NCBI GenBank assembly: GCA_029856155.1
Contig: JAHQWL010000055.1
Span: 1-64,000, forward strand
Source of the DNA: Promethearchaeia archaeon
Lineage (GTDB): Archaea > Asgardarchaeota > Lokiarchaeia > Sigyniarchaeales > SOKP01
Direction: 5' to 3'
DNA: 64,000 nucleotides
The notes below the pieces were generated by a model, which made no database searches, was not told the origin of the DNA, and was given only the letters and a program-made list of their open reading frames with translations. Positions 36,660 to 45,724 of this stretch are shown in pieces. Position numbers and translations under genes: made by a program. The first letter of the stretch is position 1; the number at the start of each line of letters is the position of its first letter.

Positions 36660-38093
36660 ATGACAGAGGAAGATTCTACCTACTTAAATGTCAAGGATGT
36701 ATCGTTCATTAATGATATTAATTCTATTGCTGTTATTGGGCCTTCTAAAAAGCGAGAATACTTTTTTTTAAGAAATCATGCGGAATATTTTAAAGGACCG
36801 ACTTATGCTGTTCATCCTACTGCCGAAGAAATTCCTAATTTTGATAAGAAAAATATTTTTCCATCATTAGAAGATATTCCAGGAGAAGTTGATTTTGCTT
36901 TCATTGCAGTTCCTCCATCCCAGATTTTAAAGACAATAGACGCATGTGTTAAAAAAAAAGTAAAATTAGTTACTGTTTTTACTTCTGAATTTTCTGATTC
37001 TGGTACAGAAGAGGGGATTGCTTTAGAAAAGGAATTGTTAAAACGAGCACAAAATAAACTAAGAATATTAGGACCAAATGGATTGGGAATATATTATCCT
37101 AAGTTAGGTATAGCATGGCGTCCAGGATTTCCAACAAAACCAGGAAATATAGGCTTTATAGCACAATCAGGCGGGATCTGTAATATTGCAATATATGGAG
37201 CAGAAGCATTAGGTATTAACTTTTCGAAAGTATTTTCATTTGGAAATGGAGCAGATATAGATTTTGTTGATTTACTTTACTTTTTAAGTAATGATCCAGA
37301 AACAGACATTATTTTATGTTATCTCGAGGGTATTAAAGAAGGAAGAATTGATGATTTGAAGAAAGTTCTTGAACAAAATAAAAAACCAATTGTATTATTA
37401 AAAGGTGGGCAATCTGAAACGGGCTCTATTGCAGCCAAAACTCATACAGCTTCAATTTCCGGAGATAACCGACTTTGGAAGGCTCTTTTTAGGCAATTTA
37501 ATATTATTGATGTTGAATCTTTGGAACAATTACTCTATGCTGCTCGTTTAATTGACTTTTATGGAATTTTTGAGCTGAAAAATTTAGCAGTTTTTAGTAT
37601 AAGTGGAGGCTATGGTGTGATTTTAGTAGATCTACTTGAGAAAGCAGGTTTTAAAATACCACCATTTAGCCCTGAAATCCAAGATAAACTCAAAACGAAA
37701 TTCTTTTTGCCAGGTACAAGTTCAAATAATCCTTTAGATTTAGCAGCTCAATTTTTCTTTGTAATTTCGGTATATGAAATTATTGATCTAGCAATCTCAG
37801 ATAAAAAGATAGATGGTTTAATTCTAGATATGCCTAGCTTTTATTTAACTCCTGTTCTTAAATCAAGAGATAATCAAGATTTTGAATCTAATATGATAGA
37901 AAGCCTAACCTTGGGCCACAAACATAAAAAACCATTAATTCCTATAATCCAACGTTTAAACAACCCGGAAGAAAGAGAAAAAATTTCAAAAAAGTTAATT
38001 GACAGAAAAGTTCCAGTTTTTGGAGATCCTTTAGAATTTATACCTTTACTGTCTAAGATTTCAAATTATAAAAGAAGAATGGAAAGTTCGTGA
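36660..38093 (+). CDS. acyl-CoA synthetase (NDP-forming) alpha-subunit-like CoA-binding protein
   Basis: SIAVIG, RILGPNGLG, AQSGG, SFGNGAD, YLEG, KGG..AAKTHTAS (phospho-His), NPLDL. Confidence 0.88.
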   Translation: MTEEDSTYLNVKDVSFINDINSIAVIGPSKKREYFFLRNHAEYFKGPTYAVHPTAEEIPNFDKKNIFPSLEDIPGEVDFAFIAVPPSQILKTIDACVKKKVKLVTVFTSEFSDSGTEEGIALEKELLKRAQNKLRILGPNGLGIYYPKLGIAWRPGFPTKPGNIGFIAQSGGICNIAIYGAEALGINFSKVFSFGNGADIDFVDLLYFLSNDPETDIILCYLEGIKEGRIDDLKKVLEQNKKPIVLLKGGQSETGSIAAKTHTASISGDNRLWKALFRQFNIIDVESLEQLLYAARLIDFYGIFELKNLAVFSISGGYGVILVDLLEKAGFKIPPFSPEIQDKLKTKFFLPGTSSNNPLDLAAQFFFVISVYEIIDLAISDKKIDGLILDMPSFYLTPVLKSRDNQDFESNMIESLTLGHKHKKPLIPIIQRLNNPEEREKISKKLIDRKVPVFGDPLEFIPLLSKISNYKRRMESS

Positions 38094-38594
38094 TTATGTT
38101 TCTAAATTATCCGCTGTTTTTACATAATCTGGTATAAACTTAGTTTTTAGTAGATTGGAATTACCGATTGAGATTAAATTATTATTCATATCACGAATTT
38201 CTGCATTCGCATGGATAATATTTCTACCTTCCCTTATAATTTTTCCAATTACTCTTACTTTTTCCCCAACTTCAACTTTTCCTAAATAGTCTACATGGAA
38301 ATCTATGCTAATTGGAAAACCTTTATAACCCAATGTGGCTGTTGTAATCCCTATCACATCATCCATAAAGGCGCATTGTATTCCACCATGTAGTAAGTTT
38401 GTGGGATTAGCCATTTCAGGTCTAACTTCAAATTCTAATTCCATTAAGCCAAACTCGGCTTTTATTATTTTCCCATTAGCCCATTTTGAAAAAGGAGGAA
38501 CAGGTAAGCCTTTTAATTCTTGATTTTTGAAAGAATTAAATAAGTGTATCATCTTTTCTGAGCGTTTTTTTCTTTCTTTTTGAACATCAGCCAT
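38094..38594 (-). CDS. PaaI-family thioesterase
   Basis: NPTNLLHGG..MDD hot-dog motif. Confidence 0.9.
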   Translation of the reverse strand: MADVQKERKKRSEKMIHLFNSFKNQELKGLPVPPFSKWANGKIIKAEFGLMELEFEVRPEMANPTNLLHGGIQCAFMDDVIGITTATLGYKGFPISIDFHVDYLGKVEVGEKVRVIGKIIREGRNIIHANAEIRDMNNNLISIGNSNLLKTKFIPDYVKTADNLET

Positions 38595-38658
38595 ATTTTC
38601 TAAAATATCCCTTTTATATTATTTCAGTTTTCTTGACCTACAACCAACAAATAAATAT

Positions 38659-41022
38659 CTACTTTAAAGCTATTTTACTTACTTGAGAGATTATATCAGC
38701 AAACTTTTTTCCTTCTGCTGCAGAGATCCATTCAATGACAAATCTTTCATCAGAAATATTATTTTTCTTCATCCAGCTTCTAATTCTTTTTTCTCGCTTT
38801 ATGGCAAAATCATTTCCAGAAATATAATGACAATCTTGTGGATGACATCCAGTCAACATAACAGCTCCAGCTCCATGGTTAAAACAGTGCTTAATGAAGG
38901 AAACTTTTACGCGTCCTGAACACATAGTTCTAACAATCCTCGTATTAGTTGGATATTGAATACGACTTGTCCCAGCTAAATCAGCTCCCGCATATGAGCA
39001 CCAATTACAAGCGAAGACCAATACTTTTTTTGAAGCATTTTCACGAAGAGCTATATCAATTTGTCTAAGGATCATAGCATCTGTAAAATTTGTCATAGTT
39101 ATAGCATCTGTAGGGCAATCTGCAGCACATGTACCACAACCTTTACATAATACTGGAATGATTCGGGCTGGTGTTTTTTTTTCTCGATCAACACTAATAG
39201 CTCCGTAAGGACAACGAGATACACAAGTTCCACAACTAGTACATTTTTCTGTATCTACAAATGCATATAAAGGTTCTACATGGAATTGATCTTCTGAAAG
39301 CAGATTTCCACAGCGTCCTGCTGCAGCACTAGCTTGTGTAACTGTTTCCCTAATATCTTTTGGCGATTCTGCTCCCCCAGCAATGAAAATACCATCAGTC
39401 GGAGTATCCACTGGACGAAGTTTAGGATGTGCTTCAATATAAAATCCTTTTGAATCTTTGGCAACAGGAAAAGGAATAGATTCGGATGAGCCTTCCACTC
39501 CAATAGAAAGGACTACTAAGTCAAATTCTTCAGAGAGGATTGTTCCAGTGCTTATATCTTCAACATTCACTTTAAGATTTTTAGTTATAGGATTTTCCTT
39601 AATTTGACCAGGGCGTCCACGTATAAAAAGAACACCTTCTTCTCTTGAACGTGAATATAATTCTTCAAATCCTTTACCAAAAGCCCTAATATCAATAAAA
39701 AATATAGTAACCTCAACGTCAGGCCAATGCTCTTTTATCAAAAGGCTATCCTTTATACTTTCCATACAACAGAAGTTAGAACAGTATGGATTGAATCGCT
39801 TATCACGCGATCCTACACAATTGATAAAAGCAACTTTTTTTGGTTTCTTTAGATCACTGGGACGTACAAGTTCTCCGTTTGTAGGTCCTGCAGCATTAAT
39901 TAACCTTTCAAATTCAAAGGTTGTTATAACGTTAGAATAATTATTCCATCCATATTCTGGGAGTTTAGAGGCATCAAAAAGTTCAAAGCCTACTGCGATA
40001 ATAATAGCTCCAACTTTAAAATTAAAGGTTTTTTCGGAGTCCTCATAAATTATAGCTTCTTTTTCGCATTCAGGAACACATTTTCCACAAGCTAAAGGAG
40101 AAAGTCCTAAACAGCTCTTTTCATCGATTATGTAACAAGCTGGTACTGCTTGAGGATAAGGGATATATATTGCTTTCCTCCAACCTAAGTTGCCAGAGTA
40201 CTCATCAATAACGTTTTCAGGGCAGATTGAAACGCAATCCCCACATGCAGTACAAAGGTTTTCATCTACATAGCGGGGGTGTTTTTTAATTGTTATCTCA
40301 AAATTACCAATATATCCAGATATATTTGTAACTTTAGCACAGGAAATTAAATTAATATTTTCATGATTACCTACATCAGCCATTTTGGGACCTAAAATAC
40401 AGATTGAACAATCCATAGTTGGAAAAGTCTTATCGATGAGAGCCATCTTTCCTCCAATAGTAGGTGATTTTTCAACAAGAATAACTTCAAATTCATCAGC
40501 TAAATCTAATGCAGCCTGAATTCCTGCTACTCCTCCTCCAATAATTAAAACTCTTCGTGTAATGGGGACAATGATATCATCAATTGCTTCTAATAACTCA
40601 GCTTTAGCGATTGCCATTTCAAGGATTTCTTTAGCTTTTTTAGTCGCTTCTTCTTTCTCTGAAAGATGTACCCAACTACATTGTTCCCGGATATTAGCAA
40701 CTTCTACTAAGGAAGGATTTATTCCAACTCTTCTTAAAAGCTTTTTCCATGTTGGACCATGCAATCTCGGGGAACATGCGGCAATAACTACTTTTTCTAT
40801 TCCTTGCTCTTTAATTGCTGTTTCGATTTCTACTTGCCCGGGATCACTGCAAGTATAGGTATTAACTTGAACTAGTTTAACTCTTGCATCTTCTTCAATA
40901 TCTTTAGCTAATTGATCAATATCAACGGTTCCACCTATATTTTTTCCGCATTTACATAGAAATACCCCGATATTAGATTCGATATCAGGATTATTATCAC
41001 TTTCAGTCATATATTCAGTCAC
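38659..41022 (-). CDS. hdrA: HdrA-like flavoprotein fused to MvhD (QmoB-like architecture)
   Basis: CKCGKNI, AACSP, NIREQCSW, GGGVAG, CSIC, CVGSRD..CSNFCC, four ferredoxin motifs, then CNWCSY..MCSG..GCHPQDCHY (MvhD); start may be ATG 41010. Confidence 0.9.
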   Translation of the reverse strand: MTEYMTESDNNPDIESNIGVFLCKCGKNIGGTVDIDQLAKDIEEDARVKLVQVNTYTCSDPGQVEIETAIKEQGIEKVVIAACSPRLHGPTWKKLLRRVGINPSLVEVANIREQCSWVHLSEKEEATKKAKEILEMAIAKAELLEAIDDIIVPITRRVLIIGGGVAGIQAALDLADEFEVILVEKSPTIGGKMALIDKTFPTMDCSICILGPKMADVGNHENINLISCAKVTNISGYIGNFEITIKKHPRYVDENLCTACGDCVSICPENVIDEYSGNLGWRKAIYIPYPQAVPACYIIDEKSCLGLSPLACGKCVPECEKEAIIYEDSEKTFNFKVGAIIIAVGFELFDASKLPEYGWNNYSNVITTFEFERLINAAGPTNGELVRPSDLKKPKKVAFINCVGSRDKRFNPYCSNFCCMESIKDSLLIKEHWPDVEVTIFFIDIRAFGKGFEELYSRSREEGVLFIRGRPGQIKENPITKNLKVNVEDISTGTILSEEFDLVVLSIGVEGSSESIPFPVAKDSKGFYIEAHPKLRPVDTPTDGIFIAGGAESPKDIRETVTQASAAAGRCGNLLSEDQFHVEPLYAFVDTEKCTSCGTCVSRCPYGAISVDREKKTPARIIPVLCKGCGTCAADCPTDAITMTNFTDAMILRQIDIALRENASKKVLVFACNWCSYAGADLAGTSRIQYPTNTRIVRTMCSGRVKVSFIKHCFNHGAGAVMLTGCHPQDCHYISGNDFAIKREKRIRSWMKKNNISDERFVIEWISAAEGKKFADIISQVSKIALK

Positions 41023-41899
41023 TATCTTTAATTTTTCTTACAATTTTCTTATTTTGTGCAGTAGTCCGAACTTGCTCTATTTTTTTGCTAAATCCTTCTC
41101 GCTCCTCTTCTACAAATTCTCCGCATATAATTATCCCTTTCTTGAAATCAAAAGTTGCTTGATGAGGGGGCCAATCAAGCTTAATTCTAATTTGCTTTTT
41201 TAACCATTCTAACATCTCTACAGCATCACCTAATTTATTTTTGGACCCATATTGGATAAAACAAGGAGCAAGTACTTCTATAAAACTGAATCCTTGATTG
41301 TCTATGCATTTAAAAATACTTTTTTGTAATCTAAGTGTGTCATATGCAGGCCATCTAGCGACATATGTTGCTCCTGACGCAGCAGCTAGACTTACCAAAT
41401 TGAAGGGAGGTTCTACATTTCCATATGGGGTTGTTGAAGTAATGTCGCCAATCTGACTTGTAGGGGCTACTTGACCTCCAGTCATGCCATATATGTTGTT
41501 ATTAATACAGAGAACCGTTAGTTCTATATTTCTTCTTGCAGCGTGGATAAAATGATTTCCACCAATAGCAAAAAGATCTCCATCTCCCGATAGAACTATA
41601 ACTTTTAATTTAGGATTTGCTAATTTTATACCAGTTGCAAAGGGTATAGCTCTCCCATGTGTAGTATGGAAGGCAGGTGCTTTAAAGCAGCCACTAGATC
41701 GACCAGTACATCCTATGCCAGATACAATGGCATAATCTTTAGATGTGAGTCCTCTTTCTATTAAGCAGCGTGTAATTGATGTAATTACAGTTCCAATTAA
41801 ACAACCTGGGCAAAAAATAAATCGGTGTAAATTTAACATTTCTATTAAGGGATGACCAAGCGCTTCAGGAGGGATTGAGATTTGATCTGATGGACTCAT
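41015..41899 (-). CDS. korB: 2-oxoacid (2-oxoglutarate-type):ferredoxin oxidoreductase beta subunit
   Basis: FCPGC, SGIGC, THGRA, GDGD..NNNIYGMTGGQ, APC in canonical order. Confidence 0.9.
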   Translation of the reverse strand: MSPSDQISIPPEALGHPLIEMLNLHRFIFCPGCLIGTVITSITRCLIERGLTSKDYAIVSGIGCTGRSSGCFKAPAFHTTHGRAIPFATGIKLANPKLKVIVLSGDGDLFAIGGNHFIHAARRNIELTVLCINNNIYGMTGGQVAPTSQIGDITSTTPYGNVEPPFNLVSLAAASGATYVARWPAYDTLRLQKSIFKCIDNQGFSFIEVLAPCFIQYGSKNKLGDAVEMLEWLKKQIRIKLDWPPHQATFDFKKGIIICGEFVEEEREGFSKKIEQVRTTAQNKKIVRKIKDSD

Positions 41900-41902
41900 A
41901 TA

Positions 41903-43048
41903 TTAAACCTCCTTCATAAACTTCTCATAAATAAATTTAGGACTAAATGGTAAGGTGGTAGGAATTGTAATACCAGAAACTTTAAACAAATGTCGAAATC
42001 TCTGAACTTCTCTAATTATCATTCCGTTGTTCATTTCACAGACGATAACCTTTGAAACCCCCATTTGCCCTATTCTTTCCATTAATTCATCAGGAAAGGG
42101 CCATAGAGTTTTTAATCGTACAAGTCCCACCTTATACCCTTTTTGGCGTGCTTGCTCAACGACTTCTGGCACCCCTCTTGCATTAATTCCATAAGCTAAG
42201 ATAATGATATCAGCATCATCTAAATATTTTTCCTCCCAATCATTAATTTGAGGTCTTGCTTTCCTAATTTTATCACAAAGCCGTTTAATGAGAACTTCTG
42301 CCGCTTCTGGTGTCATTTCTGGATTTCCCTCTATATCATGAGTTAAACCTGTAACATAAAAAGAATAATCGGTTCCTGCTATTGCCATTCCAGGCACAAG
42401 ATCATCATCAAGAGCTTCAAAAGGTTTATATTTCTCAGGTGGAACTTGAGGTTTTTTGCGCTCTACTAATTCGATATTTGAATGGATATTAACAACTTCC
42501 ATCATCTGTCCTAAAATTCCGTCTGAAGCGACAATTACAGGTATACGGTATTTCTCAGATAAATTAAATGCACGTATGGTTAAATCGTACATTTCTTGAA
42601 CTGTAGAGGGGGCTAATACAATTATTTCATAATCCCCATGAGAAGCATATCTCGTTTGATATACATCAGATTGAGATGCATTTGTAGGTTGTCCTGTACT
42701 AGGACCTCCTCTCATTATGGTAACAATAACAGTTGGTGCTTCCAGCATCACACCTAAACCTATACTTTCAGCCATAAGTGAAAGACCTGGTCCTGATGTT
42801 GCAGTCATAGCTTTCATTCCAGCATAAGAAGCTCCAAAACAGCTGGTGATTGAAGCAAGCTCATCTTCCATTTGAATAAATGTTCCATTAATTTGAGGAA
42901 GACGCCTTGACATGTAAGCAGCAATTTCTGAGGAAGGTGTTATAGGATAACCTGCAAAATATAAACATCCTGCTGTAATCGCACCTTCTGCACAAGCATA
43001 ATTTCCAGTAGTTAGTATTCTTTTTTGTTGGAACTTTGCCTTACTCAA
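41903..43048 (-). CDS. korA: 2-oxoacid:ferredoxin oxidoreductase alpha subunit
   Basis: AGYPITPSSE, QMEDE, TATSGPG, RGGPSTG; true start probably TTG 43048 after AGGAGGT RBS, overlapping the delta stop (ORF track 43192). Confidence 0.9.
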   Translation of the reverse strand: MSKAKFQQKRILTTGNYACAEGAITAGCLYFAGYPITPSSEIAAYMSRRLPQINGTFIQMEDELASITSCFGASYAGMKAMTATSGPGLSLMAESIGLGVMLEAPTVIVTIMRGGPSTGQPTNASQSDVYQTRYASHGDYEIIVLAPSTVQEMYDLTIRAFNLSEKYRIPVIVASDGILGQMMEVVNIHSNIELVERKKPQVPPEKYKPFEALDDDLVPGMAIAGTDYSFYVTGLTHDIEGNPEMTPEAAEVLIKRLCDKIRKARPQINDWEEKYLDDADIIILAYGINARGVPEVVEQARQKGYKVGLVRLKTLWPFPDELMERIGQMGVSKVIVCEMNNGMIIREVQRFRHLFKVSGITIPTTLPFSPKFIYEKFMKEV

Positions 43049-43328
43049 TATTATTAACCTCCTTAATATCTGTTTCCAAAATATATAATGAAACGGTAGG
43101 ACATAACCGTTCACATTGTCTACACCCTGCACACTCTTCAGGTTTAACCACGATCGCATAGTGAAGCATACGACTATTGAACTTATCTTCACTTATTTCT
43201 ATTATATCTTTTGGACAGAATGACAAACATAATTCACAACCATCACATTGTTCAGAATCTATAAAGATTTCATATTTTTTATCGGGTGTAGGAGGAGGTA
43301 AAATGGGTGTTCGTTTAGACTTTAACAT
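43041..43328 (-). CDS. korD: 2x[4Fe-4S] ferredoxin, OFOR delta subunit
   Basis: CDGCELCLSFCP and CAGCRQCERLCP. Confidence 0.88.
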   Translation of the reverse strand: MLKSKRTPILPPPTPDKKYEIFIDSEQCDGCELCLSFCPKDIIEISEDKFNSRMLHYAIVVKPEECAGCRQCERLCPTVSLYILETDIKEVNNIE

Positions 43329-43518
43329 TTTTTAATCATCTTTTAATATATATACACTGACTATTTTTTTTCTCTTATGCTTTAAAATAATAGAGTCTCT
43401 TTTAAATTTGCTTTTTCACGGGATAACAAACTCATTAAATAACGATTTCTTCATATGAAACCACATTGGTAAGAATTTAAAAGGCAAATCTTACAAGGCA
43501 CTATTAAACAAATACAAT

Positions 43519-44091
43519 TTATTGGTCTTTATTTATAAATTCCCGATAGAGCGCTTGACCAAGCTGATAACTCTGAATATTAATGGCTCTAAACTGTTTT
43601 GGCATATTGTTTAAAACTTGGTCATAATATTCTTTTTTTAAATCAAATTTTCCACTCTCTTTAAGATATTCAGAAAGAAATCCTAAGCAAAGAATATTAG
43701 CGCTTTTGGGCATTTTTTTTTCATCCGCACGCCTTGTAATTGGGATACGATGGATTATACCTTTTTTAATTACTTCTTCGGCGTTACCAATTGTGTGTTC
43801 ATCGATAAAGGAGTGAGTATTTTCATATATACATTCAGAAGCGCGCTCAAATCCATTTTGATCTATGGCCATAAAAATATCAGCATCTTTATCGCAGAAT
43901 GGATATGAAATAGGAGCAGTGTTTAGAATCACATCACAAAAAATAGGGCCCCCTCTAACGGAAGGTGTATAGTCTACTGTTAGAGTTGCATAAAAATTAG
44001 CAGCCATAGCAACTCGAACTAATACACTTCCTAAAAATTTGATACCTTGACCTCCTCTACCAGAAAATCTTATTTTTAATTTTTCATTCAT
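43519..44091 (-). CDS. 2-oxoacid:ferredoxin oxidoreductase gamma subunit
   Basis: RFSGRGGQG, YTPSVRGG, ANILCLG. Confidence 0.85.
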   Translation of the reverse strand: MNEKLKIRFSGRGGQGIKFLGSVLVRVAMAANFYATLTVDYTPSVRGGPIFCDVILNTAPISYPFCDKDADIFMAIDQNGFERASECIYENTHSFIDEHTIGNAEEVIKKGIIHRIPITRRADEKKMPKSANILCLGFLSEYLKESGKFDLKKEYYDQVLNNMPKQFRAINIQSYQLGQALYREFINKDQ

Positions 44092-44186
44092 CGAAAATAT
44101 AAAAATATTTGATACCTATTATTTTAATTTAGTCTATGATATTTTTAAAATATTATAATAAAGAGAAGATTTCTATATTTTATAAG

Positions 44187-44552
44187 TTATTCTAATGGTT
44201 TAAATATATAAGAATATACTTCAGTTCCATTTAGATCGTTACATATTTTTTTATATATTGGTTGGAGTATCATACCAGTTTTTAAATTGTCTTTATTTGA
44301 GAGCTGTCCTAAAACTTTTACTCCGTTTTCAAATTCCACAACTCCCAGAGCATAAGATTCCTGATCTCTAAATTCCATTGGTGGTGCTTTTAATATTGTA
44401 TAAGTCAATAATTTACATGTTCCCGAAGCTAAAATGGATTCAAATTTATCAGCTTTACATATTAAACATCTTAAATGAGTTGTATGTTGTAAGAATCCAC
44501 AATTTTTACATTTATTCCAAATAATTTTCTCCTCAACATTCACAATAATCAC
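44187..44552 (-). CDS. DUF35 Zn-ribbon/OB-fold protein
   Basis: CKNCG..CLIC, then TYT..P..YALGVVEF..G. Confidence 0.85.
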   Translation of the reverse strand: MIIVNVEEKIIWNKCKNCGFLQHTTHLRCLICKADKFESILASGTCKLLTYTILKAPPMEFRDQESYALGVVEFENGVKVLGQLSNKDNLKTGMILQPIYKKICNDLNGTEVYSYIFKPLE

Positions 44553-44691
44553 TTCTACAAATCTTAATATTTAGAAATCATTTTCAAAATATTAGTTGAT
44601 TGTTGATAAATATTCAGCTTTTAAGAAATATTAATCTTAATAAGATTTGATAAATATTCAGTTTCTAGGACTATTAATCTTACTTAAATAA

Positions 44692-45666
44692 ATGAAAGAA
44701 TCTTTAATACCAGAAAAAATTCAAAAAGAATATTTGATTGGAAATTTAGGAAAGGAAAATGCTGCTGAACTGTTAATTTCATTAATAGAAAGTAGTGAAA
44801 ATACAGAAATTAGGATAAAGAGTATTGAAGCATTGGAAAAAATAAATTTTCATAGCGAAAACATCTTTAAAACTTTGGAAAATCACCTAATATCAGATGA
44901 TAGCGCTAATGTGAGAGCTTCAGCTGCAAATTATTTAATTTATAATTTTCTAGACGATAGTCTACCCGCATTAAGATGGGTAATTCAACATGAAAAATCT
45001 CCTTTAGTTATTAAATTATTGTATAATTTCCTAGAGAAATCTGATTCTCCTCAATTGAAGATAATAGAGAAGGATCTGACTTATTGGAGGGAAGAATTTT
45101 CTTCAAAACTTGGAATAGTCCCTCAAGAATCAATTTTTTTTTTAGATTTGGAAGTGATATTTGCCAAAGGTAAAAGAAATTATGAGATTGATCCTTTTAA
45201 CTATAAATATTTTGAAGAGTTAAGTGATATCAAAAATGGTGAACCTTGGTTAGTAATTAAAAATAAACATGTAGAAATTTTAAATTTTAATTATTTTAAT
45301 TGGAGCTTTATTAAGGATAACACGGATATTGTTAAATCTCTTTCTAAACTACAAGATCTTGACGTGTATCTATGTTCATTAAGAAAATATAGTATTAATC
45401 AAATTATAATATCTGCAATTCCAGAATCTATAGGATCTCTAATTTATTTAAAAAGGTTAATTTTAAGGAGAAATAGCTTAATGAAATTACCGAATTCCAT
45501 GAAAAAACTTACATTGCTTAAAGAATTAGATATTAGCTACAACAAATTTGAGAAAATTCCTGAAGTAATTAATTCATTTAACAAACTTGAAATGCTTAAT
45601 ATTAAGCGTAATATCATCCAAAACATTCCTGAATCTTTATCTCAAAATGTAAAAGTAATTAGATAA
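44692..45666 (+). CDS. HEAT-repeat + leucine-rich-repeat protein
   Basis: IRIKSIEAL / LISDDSANVRASAA HEAT units; IPESIGSLIYLKRLILRRNSL..LP..LKELDISYN LRRs. Confidence 0.85.
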   Translation: MKESLIPEKIQKEYLIGNLGKENAAELLISLIESSENTEIRIKSIEALEKINFHSENIFKTLENHLISDDSANVRASAANYLIYNFLDDSLPALRWVIQHEKSPLVIKLLYNFLEKSDSPQLKIIEKDLTYWREEFSSKLGIVPQESIFFLDLEVIFAKGKRNYEIDPFNYKYFEELSDIKNGEPWLVIKNKHVEILNFNYFNWSFIKDNTDIVKSLSKLQDLDVYLCSLRKYSINQIIISAIPESIGSLIYLKRLILRRNSLMKLPNSMKKLTLLKELDISYNKFEKIPEVINSFNKLEMLNIKRNIIQNIPESLSQNVKVIR

Positions 45667-45724
45667 TTATTTAAACTTAAAAGTATAAATTTTAAATCAA
45701 ACTTAATGGAATAATTTAAATTAC

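Noticed and set aside
38659-41022. Selenocysteine recoding in HdrA/MvhD (known selenoprotein families in Lokiarchaeia)
   Set aside because: ORF is uninterrupted with Cys at CSIC and CNWC; no in-frame TGA and no convincing SECIS seen.
43049-43192. 48-aa N-terminal extension of KorA overlapping the ferredoxin gene
   Set aside because: The RBS-supported TTG at 43048 gives a normal N-terminus; the extension is an ORF-caller artefact.
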